64,000 nucleotides of DNA from Candidatus Multivoradales bacterium (GTDB lineage Bacteria; Acidobacteriota; Thermoanaerobaculia; Multivoradales; Multivoraceae): positions 1,408,001 through 1,472,000 of the forward strand of contig CBDCWI010000001.1 of assembly GCA_965223325.1 (NCBI GenBank), written 5' to 3'. The notes below the pieces were generated by a model that saw only the letters and a program-made list of their open reading frames with translations, had not been told where the DNA came from and searched no databases. Position 1 is the first letter of the stretch. Each line of letters begins with the position of its first letter. Made by a program: the position numbers and the translations under genes. Positions 9,220 through 18,683 of this stretch are shown one piece after another.

Positions 9220-11652
9220 ATGGTGTCATTCTCCGGCAACCTACGAACTTCTGGACCGCTTCCTTTGTTCTCCTCGCTGTTTCTCCCCTCGGCTCGAATC
9301 CGTCCGCGCACGACATTGCCGCTCATCGCGAGTGCCATTGTCCTGGCTGCGGCATGTCAGAGCCACGACACCGACAGCTCAGAGAGGGAAGCGCAAACCC
9401 GAGAGGCCAACGCCGAGGTTCCCGAGCAGCCGACCTTTCACCGCGACGTCGCGCCAATCCTCAACGAGCACTGCGTGAGCTGTCACCGACCGAACGCCTT
9501 CGCACCTTTCGCCCTGGTCTCCCATGACGACGCCCAGCGACGCGCAAAGCTGATTGCGACTGTCACCAGAGAGCGGCGCATGCCGCCCTGGCTACCCAGC
9601 GCCAGTGATGGCTCGGTACCGGTGTTTCGTGGCGCCCGCCACCTCAGCAATCGCGACCTCGAGGTCCTCGACCGCTGGGCCACCACCGGCGGCCTGCCTG
9701 GCGATCCTGCCGACGCACCGCCGACGCCCGAGTACTCGACCGGCTGGCAGCTTGGCGAGCCCGACCTGATCCTTACGATGGAGGAATTCACCCTGGCAGC
9801 CGAGGGTGGCGACGAGATTCGGAACTTCGTTTTGCCGCGCGCCCCCCTCGAAGGTCGCTACGTCAGCGCCATCGAGTTCCTGCCCCAGAACCCGCGTGTC
9901 ATCCATCACGCCAACGTCCTCGCCGACACCACCGGCCAGGCCAGGCTGCTCGACAAACGCGATCCCGACCCAGGCTATCGCGGCATGGTGGCAGCGATTG
10001 CTCCCGGTGGTCACTTCATGGGCTGGACGGCGGGCCGCACGGCACGGCCGTTCGAGGAAGGCACCGCCTGGCAGGTCGAGGCCGGCACCGACCTGGTCGT
10101 ACAGCTCCATCTCTTTCCGAGCGGCCGCACCGAGGAGGTCCAACCGTCGGTAGGCCTCTGGTTCACCGACGACCCACCAGAGCGTCAACCAGCGTCTGTT
10201 CATCTAGGAACGACCGCGATCGATCTTGCGGCCGGCGAAGAGGCCTACGAACTCACCGACTCGTGGACGCTGCCCTTCGACGTGCAAGCAGTCGCGATCT
10301 ATCCTCACCAGCACTACCTGGGACGGGCGGTCAAAGTCACCGCAACTGCACCGGAAGGCACTCCCGAGCCCACGGTCCGCACTCTTCTCGAGATCACCGA
10401 CTGGTCGTTTGACTGGCAGGACGAGTACGCCTGGACCGAGTCGGTCACCCTCCGCGCCGGCACCCGACTGGAGGCGCGCTTCGTGTGGGACAACTCGGCA
10501 TCCAACCCGCAGAACCCGCACGACCCTCCCCAGGCTGTGCGCTGGGGCCCGGGTTCGTTGGATGAGATGGGTGATGTGTGGATCGAGGTTCTACCGCTCG
10601 ACTCTCGTGACCTCGTTCCGCTGCGCGCTGCGATCTGGCGACGTGATCTCGAGCTGTCGCTCGCGGCTTTCGAGATCGCGCGGGTCAAACGCCCCGGCGA
10701 CTGGCTTCCTCATGCGCGCAGCGCGCAGGTCCTCTTGTCGTTGGAGCGCTTCGAAGATGCACTGGCACCGCTTCACCAGGCGCTGGCAAGAGACCCAGAC
10801 GACCCCTGGCACCTGCACTACAACCTCGGCCTCGCTCTTTCCGGCTCGGGTCGCTACGAGGAGGCCACTCTGGCGTTTCGCCAGGCTACCCGTGGCCAGC
10901 CCTCCTACGCGCCGGCCTGGGGCAACCTCGCCAACTGCCGGTTGCAGCTGGGTGCACTCGATGAAGCTGCCCAGTTCTGGCAGCGCGCGCTCGAGCTCGA
11001 TCCGAAGGACCCGACGCACCGCACGAACCTGGCGGTGCTCGAGGCAAAACGAGGGCACGAAGAGCGCGCCGAGGCGCTTTACCTCGAGGTCCTGGCCGAG
11101 CATCCGCGGTCGTCGCGAGCGCACGGCAATCTGGCAACTCTGTTGGCCAAGCGCGGCGACCTCGGGCGCGCCACCGCGCATCTCGAAGAAGCGCTGACGA
11201 TCGACCCCAACTATGTCGAGGCGCACAAGAACCTCGCCACCATCGCCGTTGGCCGGGGCGATCTGCCAGGTGCCATCGGGCACCTCGAGAAAGCCGTCGA
11301 GATCGCACCGCGCGACGATGGCGCTCTGGCGCTCCTGGGATTGGCCTACAGCCAGAGCGGCGATCTGGGTCGGGCCCGCACGACGCTCGAGCGCGGGCTC
11401 GAGGTCGCACCACGAGACGGCGGGTTGCACTGGACGCTCGCCGACGTTTTGGCCCTCGAGCAGCGACACGGCGAGGCCATCGAACACTACCGAGCCGCCG
11501 GCGAACTCCTGCGGCCCAACCCAGACCTGGCCTGGAGCACCGCCCAGGCATTGACACGCGCCGGGCGCAGTCGCGAAGCGCTCGCCGCTGTCCGCCGAGC
11601 GGCGGCGCTCGGCCACCCAGAAGCGGAGCGCCTGCTGGCGGGTACGCAGTAG
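9220..11652 (+). CDS. Second heme-c + copper type II monooxygenase + TPR protein, probable lipoprotein (start uncertain)
   Basis: Lipobox-like LAAAC; CVSCH; IHHAN, QLHLF, YPHQHY, DEMG; long TPR array; paralogous to 342..2273. Confidence 0.75.
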   Translation: MVSFSGNLRTSGPLPLFSSLFLPSARIRPRTTLPLIASAIVLAAACQSHDTDSSEREAQTREANAEVPEQPTFHRDVAPILNEHCVSCHRPNAFAPFALVSHDDAQRRAKLIATVTRERRMPPWLPSASDGSVPVFRGARHLSNRDLEVLDRWATTGGLPGDPADAPPTPEYSTGWQLGEPDLILTMEEFTLAAEGGDEIRNFVLPRAPLEGRYVSAIEFLPQNPRVIHHANVLADTTGQARLLDKRDPDPGYRGMVAAIAPGGHFMGWTAGRTARPFEEGTAWQVEAGTDLVVQLHLFPSGRTEEVQPSVGLWFTDDPPERQPASVHLGTTAIDLAAGEEAYELTDSWTLPFDVQAVAIYPHQHYLGRAVKVTATAPEGTPEPTVRTLLEITDWSFDWQDEYAWTESVTLRAGTRLEARFVWDNSASNPQNPHDPPQAVRWGPGSLDEMGDVWIEVLPLDSRDLVPLRAAIWRRDLELSLAAFEIARVKRPGDWLPHARSAQVLLSLERFEDALAPLHQALARDPDDPWHLHYNLGLALSGSGRYEEATLAFRQATRGQPSYAPAWGNLANCRLQLGALDEAAQFWQRALELDPKDPTHRTNLAVLEAKRGHEERAEALYLEVLAEHPRSSRAHGNLATLLAKRGDLGRATAHLEEALTIDPNYVEAHKNLATIAVGRGDLPGAIGHLEKAVEIAPRDDGALALLGLAYSQSGDLGRARTTLERGLEVAPRDGGLHWTLADVLALEQRHGEAIEHYRAAGELLRPNPDLAWSTAQALTRAGRSREALAAVRRAAALGHPEAERLLAGTQ

Positions 11653-11693
11653 CGGGGCCAGCCGCTAGGATCAGATGCTCCTCTAGGTCGTTG

Positions 11694-12914
11694 CTACCAG
11701 AGGTCGAAGATCAGGATGCGGGCGTCGAGAGGCCCGCTGCGGACCGGAATCCTGCGCGTTGGTTTGAGGCCGACCGCCTTGCCGCGACTCTCGTCACCAG
11801 CCAGAACGACTGCGCGCCAACCCTTGTAGCGTTTCTTGAACAGGTCACCGAGCCGCTTCCAACCCTCGCCTGGGTTCTCGAGCCGCATTCCCCAGGCGGG
11901 ATTCACCGCCACGATGCCCTCACCCGGCGGCGGCGCGGTCGTGAAGGCGTCACCCTCGAGCACTACTGAGCGGTCGGCGAGGCCCGCCAACTCGAGATGC
12001 TCGCGGGCAGCGTAAACGGCCCCGGCATCCTGGTCGACTCCAAGGATGAAGGCCTCGGGATCTGGCGTCGGGATCTCCTCTCTGCGGACCGCTGCGAACC
12101 GTTCTTCATCAAAGCCCGGCAGCCGCTCGAAGGCCCAGCGCTCGCGCAGCACTCCTGGAATGATCCCGCCGCCGATCCAGCCCGCTTCGATCAGAAGGGT
12201 GCCAGAGCCACACATCGGGTCGACGATCGGACCCTTGCCGTCCCAGCCACTGGCGAGAATGCAGGCTGCCGCCAGCTGTTCGCGCAGGGGCGCGGCAATC
12301 GAGGTCTTGCGATAGCCCCGTCGATCGAGCGGCGTCTGGGAGGTGTCGAGCAAGAGCGTCGCCTGGTCGTTCTTGAGCAGGAGGCGCAGCGGGGTCTCGG
12401 CGTGTCGCTTGTCGACCCAGGCGCGGCGACCAAAACGATCGCGCTGGCCATCGACGATGCCATCTTTCGTGCGCAGCGCAATCCACCGGGTATCGCGTTC
12501 CTCCGAGCGGCTCGAGGTCGCCTGGATCGAGAGCGAGCGATGGGGCGCGAACAGCTCTTCGGTGTTCACGCCATCCCACGACTTCTTTCCTGCTGCAACC
12601 AGTTCCCTGGCCCCTTGCGCGAGCGCATCGCCGTCGCCACCAAACCAGCGATCGAGAACCACCAGAACTCGATTGGCGGTCCGCAATCGCAGGTTGGCCC
12701 GCCACACATCCGGCCAGCGCCCGCGAAAGGTGACTGCTCCGCGCTCTTGCTGGCACTCGAGCCCGAGGGCTTTGACCTCACCGGCGAGGATCTCCTCGAT
12801 CCCGAGGCCGCAGATGGCCACGATTTCGAGTGGCCTCGGCGCACGCGAGTGTTTTCTGCCCGAATCGCTAGAATCGAGCGGAGCCGATTGACCTCTGGCC
12901 GAAGGAGTCTTCAT
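11694..12914 (-). CDS. THUMP-domain class I SAM RNA methyltransferase (RlmL/YpsC-like); true start probably downstream
   Basis: NLRLRTANRVL, LDRRGYR, APLREQLAAA, DPMCGSGTLLIEA, NPAWG. Confidence 0.85.
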   Translation of the reverse strand: MKTPSARGQSAPLDSSDSGRKHSRAPRPLEIVAICGLGIEEILAGEVKALGLECQQERGAVTFRGRWPDVWRANLRLRTANRVLVVLDRWFGGDGDALAQGARELVAAGKKSWDGVNTEELFAPHRSLSIQATSSRSEERDTRWIALRTKDGIVDGQRDRFGRRAWVDKRHAETPLRLLLKNDQATLLLDTSQTPLDRRGYRKTSIAAPLREQLAAACILASGWDGKGPIVDPMCGSGTLLIEAGWIGGGIIPGVLRERWAFERLPGFDEERFAAVRREEIPTPDPEAFILGVDQDAGAVYAAREHLELAGLADRSVVLEGDAFTTAPPPGEGIVAVNPAWGMRLENPGEGWKRLGDLFKKRYKGWRAVVLAGDESRGKAVGLKPTRRIPVRSGPLDARILIFDLW

Positions 12915-13371
12915 GAAAGGGTTCGTACGTTGGGCGTTGTTGGCAGCGGTGCTGTGGGGAGCGTGGGCCTACGGTTGGCCGCTGGTCACCGACAAGCTCG
13001 ATGAAATGGCAGGCCGCCAACGTACCAAGGGTGTCACCGAAGGCGCCATCTGCGTGCGTTTTCTCGAGCGAGCCCTGCACGAGTACGAGAGTGTGGCGAG
13101 AAAGTATGAAGCCGGCGACGACACCGCCAAGCTGGCCCGAGCGCTCGCCAAGCCTCTCGAGAGCCTGGACACCGCGCGCACTGAGTGCGGCTGTAACAGC
13201 AGTGCCTGCCGGCGCTCGAAGTCTGCTCGGACTTCCATCGAGGTCGAGATCAAGCGCCTCAAGGCCGCTGCGGCGGACGGTAACCCCTACGATCCGAAGC
13301 GCGGGGTGTCGAACATCAATACGTTGCTCGACGAGATCCGCGACCTGGCGCTAGAAGAGAATCCGCTGTAG
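12913..13371 (+). CDS. Hypothetical protein with N-terminal membrane anchor and Cys cluster
   Basis: AAGGAG RBS before the ATG; N-terminal hydrophobic helix; coding-like codon usage. Confidence 0.6.
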   Translation: MKGFVRWALLAAVLWGAWAYGWPLVTDKLDEMAGRQRTKGVTEGAICVRFLERALHEYESVARKYEAGDDTAKLARALAKPLESLDTARTECGCNSSACRRSKSARTSIEVEIKRLKAAAADGNPYDPKRGVSNINTLLDEIRDLALEENPL

Positions 13372-13439
13372 CGTCCGCGCATATTCCCGGCCGGCTTGGA
13401 CTCGATTCAGCCAATCAGATCGTCGAAGCTAGACGCCGA

Positions 13440-14555
13440 CTACTCTTCAAACTGCGACGCGTCGAGACCCGGAACGATCGCCAGCGCGTTCTTGTAGTAG
13501 ATCTTTCGGAGCACCTCGTCGGGTACGCCGAGGCCGTACATCTTCCAGTGGGCGTGGCGCTTGCGGTAGTAGTCGAAGTACTCGTCTTCGGTCTCGAGAA
13601 CCCGGAAGTAGACGAAGTACTCGGACGGGTTCCAGGAGTCTTTGCCGAACAGGACGCGGTCCTGGTAGTCGATCAAGAATTGGCGCGCGCGGCGGGGCTG
13701 GCGGCCGAGCTCGGCGAGGACGGCGCCGATTTCGGTGTACATGTTGGGTATCTCGTCGAGCAACTTGCCGAGGCGATCGAGGTCGTTGCCCATCCAACCC
13801 AGATGCGCGTTGATGAACTTCGTTCCCGGGTGCTTGCGAAAAATGTTGAGCTGCTCGTTCATCGTTTGCTCGAACGATGCGAAGCGCTCGGGGTCGTCGC
13901 GACGGCGGTTGGGGAACTGTTTGAGCTCGAGCCACCGCTCGTTGTGGAGATCCCAGGGCGACCAGAACGGCGACGGTTCACCGACGTGAATGAGAACCGG
14001 AATGCCCAGTTCTCCCGCCTTCGCCCACACCGGATCGATCCGCGGGTCGTCGGCCGGGACGCGACCGTTACTGTCGGTGACGAACATGCCGAGGTTCTTG
14101 TAGATCTTGAGGCCGACGGCACCGTTGGCGACGTCTTGCTCGAGTTGCGCCGCCGAACGCTCGCCCCAACCGTCGTCTTCGAGGTTCCTGAAGTCGACAT
14201 TGGCAAAGTTGACGAAACGACCGTCGTGCCGACCGCGCGTTTCTTCATCAATGCTCTTGAAACGGTCGCCGGACGTGCCGCTGAGATTGACGAAGACCGC
14301 CATGTTCATGGCGTCCATGTCGCGGACCATCTGGTCGATGGTCTCGGCACTGGCGCCGCGCAGATGGCCGTGAACATCGACGAACGGGAACTTCGAGCGT
14401 TCCCTCGGGTGTTCCGGAACGACCAGGGTCGACCGAGGCTCGTAGTCTTCAACCGACATCGTAGCCTCGGCGGCACCGCTGCCCGCCTGGCCGGCTGCTG
14501 GCGCGGCCACAATCCAGAATGGCCAGAGCAACAGAGCAACGAGAGCCCTCTCCAT
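13440..14555 (-). CDS. Amidohydrolase family protein (Amidohydro_2), secreted
   Basis: VDVHGH, GAVGLKIYK, PVLIHVGEP, INAHLG, RVLFGKD; signal peptide. Confidence 0.85.
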   Translation of the reverse strand: MERALVALLLWPFWIVAAPAAGQAGSGAAEATMSVEDYEPRSTLVVPEHPRERSKFPFVDVHGHLRGASAETIDQMVRDMDAMNMAVFVNLSGTSGDRFKSIDEETRGRHDGRFVNFANVDFRNLEDDGWGERSAAQLEQDVANGAVGLKIYKNLGMFVTDSNGRVPADDPRIDPVWAKAGELGIPVLIHVGEPSPFWSPWDLHNERWLELKQFPNRRRDDPERFASFEQTMNEQLNIFRKHPGTKFINAHLGWMGNDLDRLGKLLDEIPNMYTEIGAVLAELGRQPRRARQFLIDYQDRVLFGKDSWNPSEYFVYFRVLETEDEYFDYYRKRHAHWKMYGLGVPDEVLRKIYYKNALAIVPGLDASQFEE

Positions 14556-14953
14556 CCATGGAGAGGCGCTGAAACTGCGGTCTTCGTGGTGACGAATCTG
14601 AAGCATGCTCGGGACTCCTTGAAAGAGGACAGCGGCCTGCGATCTTTCCACATCTGCCCACTAGCCGGTGGGACGACCGTCGGGCACACATTCCCACCGG
14701 CGACAAGAAAACCTTCGCCCAATGCATCCCTCCAGCGCTTCCCCCGCGTACATCTCAACAGCCTGTGGGTGGTCCTCCTCCTCATTCGAGTCTCCGACGC
14801 CTCGGACGTTTCTCGACGCCACCCGCAGGCTTCTATCGTTGGCCGTCGTGGCGCCTCGCACATCCAGCCCAGTACCATGAACACTCCTCCCCGCCCGCCA
14901 TCGGGAGCGGCCCTCGAAAGATCGACTGAGCAAGAGAGTCTCTGGAGAGTCTG

Positions 14954-15814
14954 ATGAACGGAATTGTCTCCTCAAGCCAAGAACGCGCCACCGCGCGACG
15001 TCGCGGCCTGCCGCTTGTCCTTTTGTGCGGCCTTCTTCTCGTCATCGGCTGCGCACCGAAGGCCGAGCCCGCAAAAGGCCCGATCGCCGACGAAGTGAGA
15101 GCGGCGCTGGCCTCCGGCACGCAGTCGTTCGATCATTCGCTTCTCGACCAGCTGCTTCGTGACACGGTTCGCGATGGGCTCCTGGACTACGACCAGGTCG
15201 CGAGCCAGCGCGAACTTCTCGACCGCTATCTCGAGCAAGTCAGTACGGCCTCACTCGCAGAGCTCAGCCCTCCTCATCTCAAGGCGCTCCTCATCAACGC
15301 CTACAACGCCTACACGATTCGCTCGATCCTCGACCACCCCGATGTGGCCTCGATCAAGGAGATCGACGGTGTCTGGGACACCGCACTGCACTCTGTTGGT
15401 GGGCACCAGATCACGCTCGACGGCATCGAGCACAACCTGCTGCGGCCCTTCTACAAAGACCCCCGCATTCACGTGGCCGTCAACTGCGCCTCGATGTCGT
15501 GCGCACCGCTCACACCCTGGGCCTGGAGCGGCGAAGCTGTCGACGAACAGCTCGAAGAAGAAACCCGTCGCTTCTTCAACAACCCGAAGTACACCAGCGT
15601 CGAGGGCTCAGTGGTCTCTGTCTCAAGACTGCTCGACTGGTACGGCGACGACTTCACAGCCCCGGACGCAATGCCGCGCGCCGACTCGATTGCGCTCTTC
15701 GTGGCGCGCTACGTGCCGGCTGTCTCCGCAATCGAGAACCCTCAAATCGCTTTCAAGGACTACGACTGGGCGCTCAACCGCGCTCCTGTCGGTCTCTCCT
15801 GGAACAGCCTCTAG
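14954..15814 (+). CDS. DUF547 domain lipoprotein
   Basis: LLVIGC lipobox; ALLINAYNAYTI, TLDGIEH, DPRIHVAVNCASMSC, YDWALN. Confidence 0.85.
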   Translation: MNGIVSSSQERATARRRGLPLVLLCGLLLVIGCAPKAEPAKGPIADEVRAALASGTQSFDHSLLDQLLRDTVRDGLLDYDQVASQRELLDRYLEQVSTASLAELSPPHLKALLINAYNAYTIRSILDHPDVASIKEIDGVWDTALHSVGGHQITLDGIEHNLLRPFYKDPRIHVAVNCASMSCAPLTPWAWSGEAVDEQLEEETRRFFNNPKYTSVEGSVVSVSRLLDWYGDDFTAPDAMPRADSIALFVARYVPAVSAIENPQIAFKDYDWALNRAPVGLSWNSL

Positions 15815-15852
15815 CTTGCGCGCCTCCGCCTCGCTGCAGGTAGGGTGTCGCT

Positions 15853-17955
15853 ATGCGCAACCGTTGGTTCCACGCCCCTCGCCTGCATAGCCCAGGCCCG
15901 GGCGAAGAAAAGCGTGTCGGCTGGATCGAGCTGTTCTACGACCTGGTCTACGTCGCAGCGATCATTCAGCTCGGCAACGGCCTCAGCTACCACCCGGATC
16001 TCTACGGCTTTTTGGGTTTCGCCGCCTTGTTCGCGGCGATCTGGTACGCCTGGACCAGCTTCACGTTCTACTCGAACCGCTTCGACGTCGACGACCTGCT
16101 GCACCGGGTGCTGGTGTTCGTCAAGATGTTCGGGATCGCCTCGATGGCCGTTCTGGCGCCGGGAGTTTTCGAAGGGCGCACCCAGGGGTTCGCGCTCGCC
16201 TACACGCTGGTGCGGGTTACCGTTATCGCCTTCTACGTGCGCGCCTACCTGCACGCCGATCGCGGGCGGGCGCTTTCGGGGCGCTATGCCATTGGCTTTT
16301 CAATTGGGGCGCTCTTCTGGCTGGCATCGGCATTCGCGCCCAAACCCTGGGTGTGGGTGCTGTGGGTGGCGGGGTTTGCGATCGAGCTCAGCGCTCCGAT
16401 CACCGGCAAGGCCCGTGAGCTCAACTACCAACACCCACCCGATGCCGCCCACCTCTCGGAGCGCTTCGGTCTCTTGACCATCATCGTGCTCGGCGAGTCG
16501 TTCGTGAAGGTGCTCACCGACCTCGCCGCAGCCTCTGAGGTGGCCGGCTGGGAAACCGCCGCCATGGGAGGGGTGGCGCTCCTCGTCACCTGCAGCGTGT
16601 GGTGGATCTACTTCGATGACGTCGTCCACTCGCGCATTCGCCAACGCCCCGCCGCCAGGCTGCTCTGGCTCTACGCCCATTTGCCGCTGGCCATCGGCGT
16701 CACCTCGCTGGGTGTCGGCATCAAGAAGGCAGTGGCTGCAAACCCCGACGTCGCCCTCGAGACCGCGCGTTGGATTTTGGGGGGTTCCCTGGGGTTGGTT
16801 TTCCTGGCGGTTGCCGTTCTCGATTGGGTGACCGAGCGCGACGAGTCGACCCTCGACGATGCCGCACGAGTGTGGATGCGACTGGGTTCGGCCGCTGCCA
16901 TCCTGGCCCTGACGGCGGCCGGCGATCTGATCCCGAACTGGCTGTTCCTGACTCTCATTGCGACAGTCTCTGTGGCTCAGGTCGTCGCCGACCTGATGAT
17001 CGCACCGCTCGCCGCACAGGAAGTCGACCACAGCCACTTGCAATCGGCTTTCGACCGCCCGCTCGAGTTGACACCCGAGGAGATCGAAGCCAACGCCCAA
17101 CGGCAGCGGCGTGACCCGCTCGAGGCCGTCCGCGTCGGCACACCGTCAGGACTGCGGCGCGGGCTCTACTTCTTCTTCATGCACGGCTCCTGGATGCGCC
17201 TCCTGTTCGCGGCGATCGCCTCGTTCCTGATCATCAACCTGATCTTCGCCGTGCTCTACCTGTTCGACCCGGGAGCGGTCTCGGGTGCCACGCCCGACTC
17301 TCTTCGCGATGCGTTCGCCTTCAGCGTGCAGACCATCTCGACGATTGGCTACGGCACGCTTTCGCCCGGCTCTGCGTACGGAGACCTGCTGGTGGTCGTC
17401 GAGGCGATCATCGGCGTCTTGTTCACGGCCTTCTTCACCGGCCTGGTTTTCGCCAAGGCGTCGCGCCCCGAAGCGAGTGTTCTGTTTAGCGAGCCGATCG
17501 TGGTAACTCAGTTCGAAGGCACCCCAGCGCTCATGTTTCGGTTGGCCAACGCGCGCGGCAACGAGATCGTCCAAGCGACCATTCAGGTCAGCACCGCGCT
17601 CGAGGAAGAGACCACCGAAGGTCACCGCATGCGACGCATTCGCGACCTCGAGCTGGTTCGCGACAACCAGCCTCTGTTCAGCCTCACCTGGACGGTCGTT
17701 CACCGGATCGACGAGAAGAGTCCCTTCTACGGCCTCGACGAAGCCGCGGTGCGCGAATGCAATGCAGGAATCATCGCCTCGATGACCGGCTACGACGCGA
17801 CCTACGCTCAAACGGTGCATGCGCGCAACATCTGGTACGCCGACGACATGCGCTGGGGTGAACGTCTCGTTGACGTGCTTTCCGAGCTCGACGACGGCCG
17901 GATGTCGATCGACTACCGCCGGTTCCATCACACCGAAAGCCAACCGGCGGGCTGA
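15853..17955 (+). CDS. Fusion of low-temperature-requirement protein A (LtrA) domain and inward-rectifier (KirBac) K+ channel
   Basis: N-terminal WIELFYDLVYV and HLSERFGLLTIIVLGES (LtrA); C-terminal FSVQTISTIGYG filter, GLVFAKASRP, LMFRLANARGN and WTVVHRIDEKSPFYG (KirBac). Confidence 0.85.
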   Translation: MRNRWFHAPRLHSPGPGEEKRVGWIELFYDLVYVAAIIQLGNGLSYHPDLYGFLGFAALFAAIWYAWTSFTFYSNRFDVDDLLHRVLVFVKMFGIASMAVLAPGVFEGRTQGFALAYTLVRVTVIAFYVRAYLHADRGRALSGRYAIGFSIGALFWLASAFAPKPWVWVLWVAGFAIELSAPITGKARELNYQHPPDAAHLSERFGLLTIIVLGESFVKVLTDLAAASEVAGWETAAMGGVALLVTCSVWWIYFDDVVHSRIRQRPAARLLWLYAHLPLAIGVTSLGVGIKKAVAANPDVALETARWILGGSLGLVFLAVAVLDWVTERDESTLDDAARVWMRLGSAAAILALTAAGDLIPNWLFLTLIATVSVAQVVADLMIAPLAAQEVDHSHLQSAFDRPLELTPEEIEANAQRQRRDPLEAVRVGTPSGLRRGLYFFFMHGSWMRLLFAAIASFLIINLIFAVLYLFDPGAVSGATPDSLRDAFAFSVQTISTIGYGTLSPGSAYGDLLVVVEAIIGVLFTAFFTGLVFAKASRPEASVLFSEPIVVTQFEGTPALMFRLANARGNEIVQATIQVSTALEEETTEGHRMRRIRDLELVRDNQPLFSLTWTVVHRIDEKSPFYGLDEAAVRECNAGIIASMTGYDATYAQTVHARNIWYADDMRWGERLVDVLSELDDGRMSIDYRRFHHTESQPAG

Positions 17956-17962
17956 CCACGAG

Positions 17963-18676
17963 ATGACTTCGGCGATGACTTCGACGAACGGTGGCCTGAT
18001 CGCGCTGGACGCCGACCTTTGGGTTGTGTCGCGCCCCCTGGCGCTCGCGGTTGGCGATGTCGGCTGTCGAATGACCGTCGTGCGCCTCCCAGACGGTGGT
18101 CTCGTCTTGCATTCGCCGGTTGCGAACCAGGAGGGCCTGGCCGAGAAGGTCCAGACACTCGGCGAACCGCGCTACCTCGTCGCGCCCAATCTGGTGCATC
18201 ATCTCTTCCTTGATGATTGGACCACGCAGTTTCCCGAGGCAAAGGTCTGCGCGCCTCTGGCGCTGGCTCGGAAACACAAGGGGCTCGCCATCGCCCACGA
18301 GCTCGGTGCCAGCGACCCACCATCGTGGGCGGGCGCGCTTGCCACGCAGAAGATCAGGGGCGCACCACTCATGCAGGAGACGGCGCTCCTACACCGCCCG
18401 AGCCGCACGCTGATCGTCGCCGACTTGACCTTCAACGTGGTCTCCGGCAAGACCGAAGGCGGCAGCTTTTTCTGGCGCCTGGTCGGAGCACGAGACCGTT
18501 TCGGTCCGCACCGGCTCATCCGTCTGGGGTTCAGAGACCAGCACAAGATCAGCCAGTCACTCGAAGCGATCATGCAATGGGACTTCGACCGCATCATCAT
18601 GAGCCATGGCGAAGTCATCGACAGTGGCGGCAAGGACCTGATGGCAGAGGCCTTTGAAAGGTGGCTGCCGGCCTAG
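17963..18676 (+). CDS. DUF4336 domain protein (metallo-beta-lactamase-like)
   Basis: RMTVVRLPDGGLVLHSP, VAPNLVHHLF, HRPSRTLIVADL, WDFDRIIMSHG. Confidence 0.85.
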   Translation: MTSAMTSTNGGLIALDADLWVVSRPLALAVGDVGCRMTVVRLPDGGLVLHSPVANQEGLAEKVQTLGEPRYLVAPNLVHHLFLDDWTTQFPEAKVCAPLALARKHKGLAIAHELGASDPPSWAGALATQKIRGAPLMQETALLHRPSRTLIVADLTFNVVSGKTEGGSFFWRLVGARDRFGPHRLIRLGFRDQHKISQSLEAIMQWDFDRIIMSHGEVIDSGGKDLMAEAFERWLPA

Positions 18677-18683
18677 ACCCCCG

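Noticed and set aside
12905-12920. Divergent genes sharing overlapping ATGs (TCATGA)
   Set aside because: The methyltransferase N-terminal ~27 aa look non-conserved. Its real start is probably downstream, so the overlap is likely an artefact.
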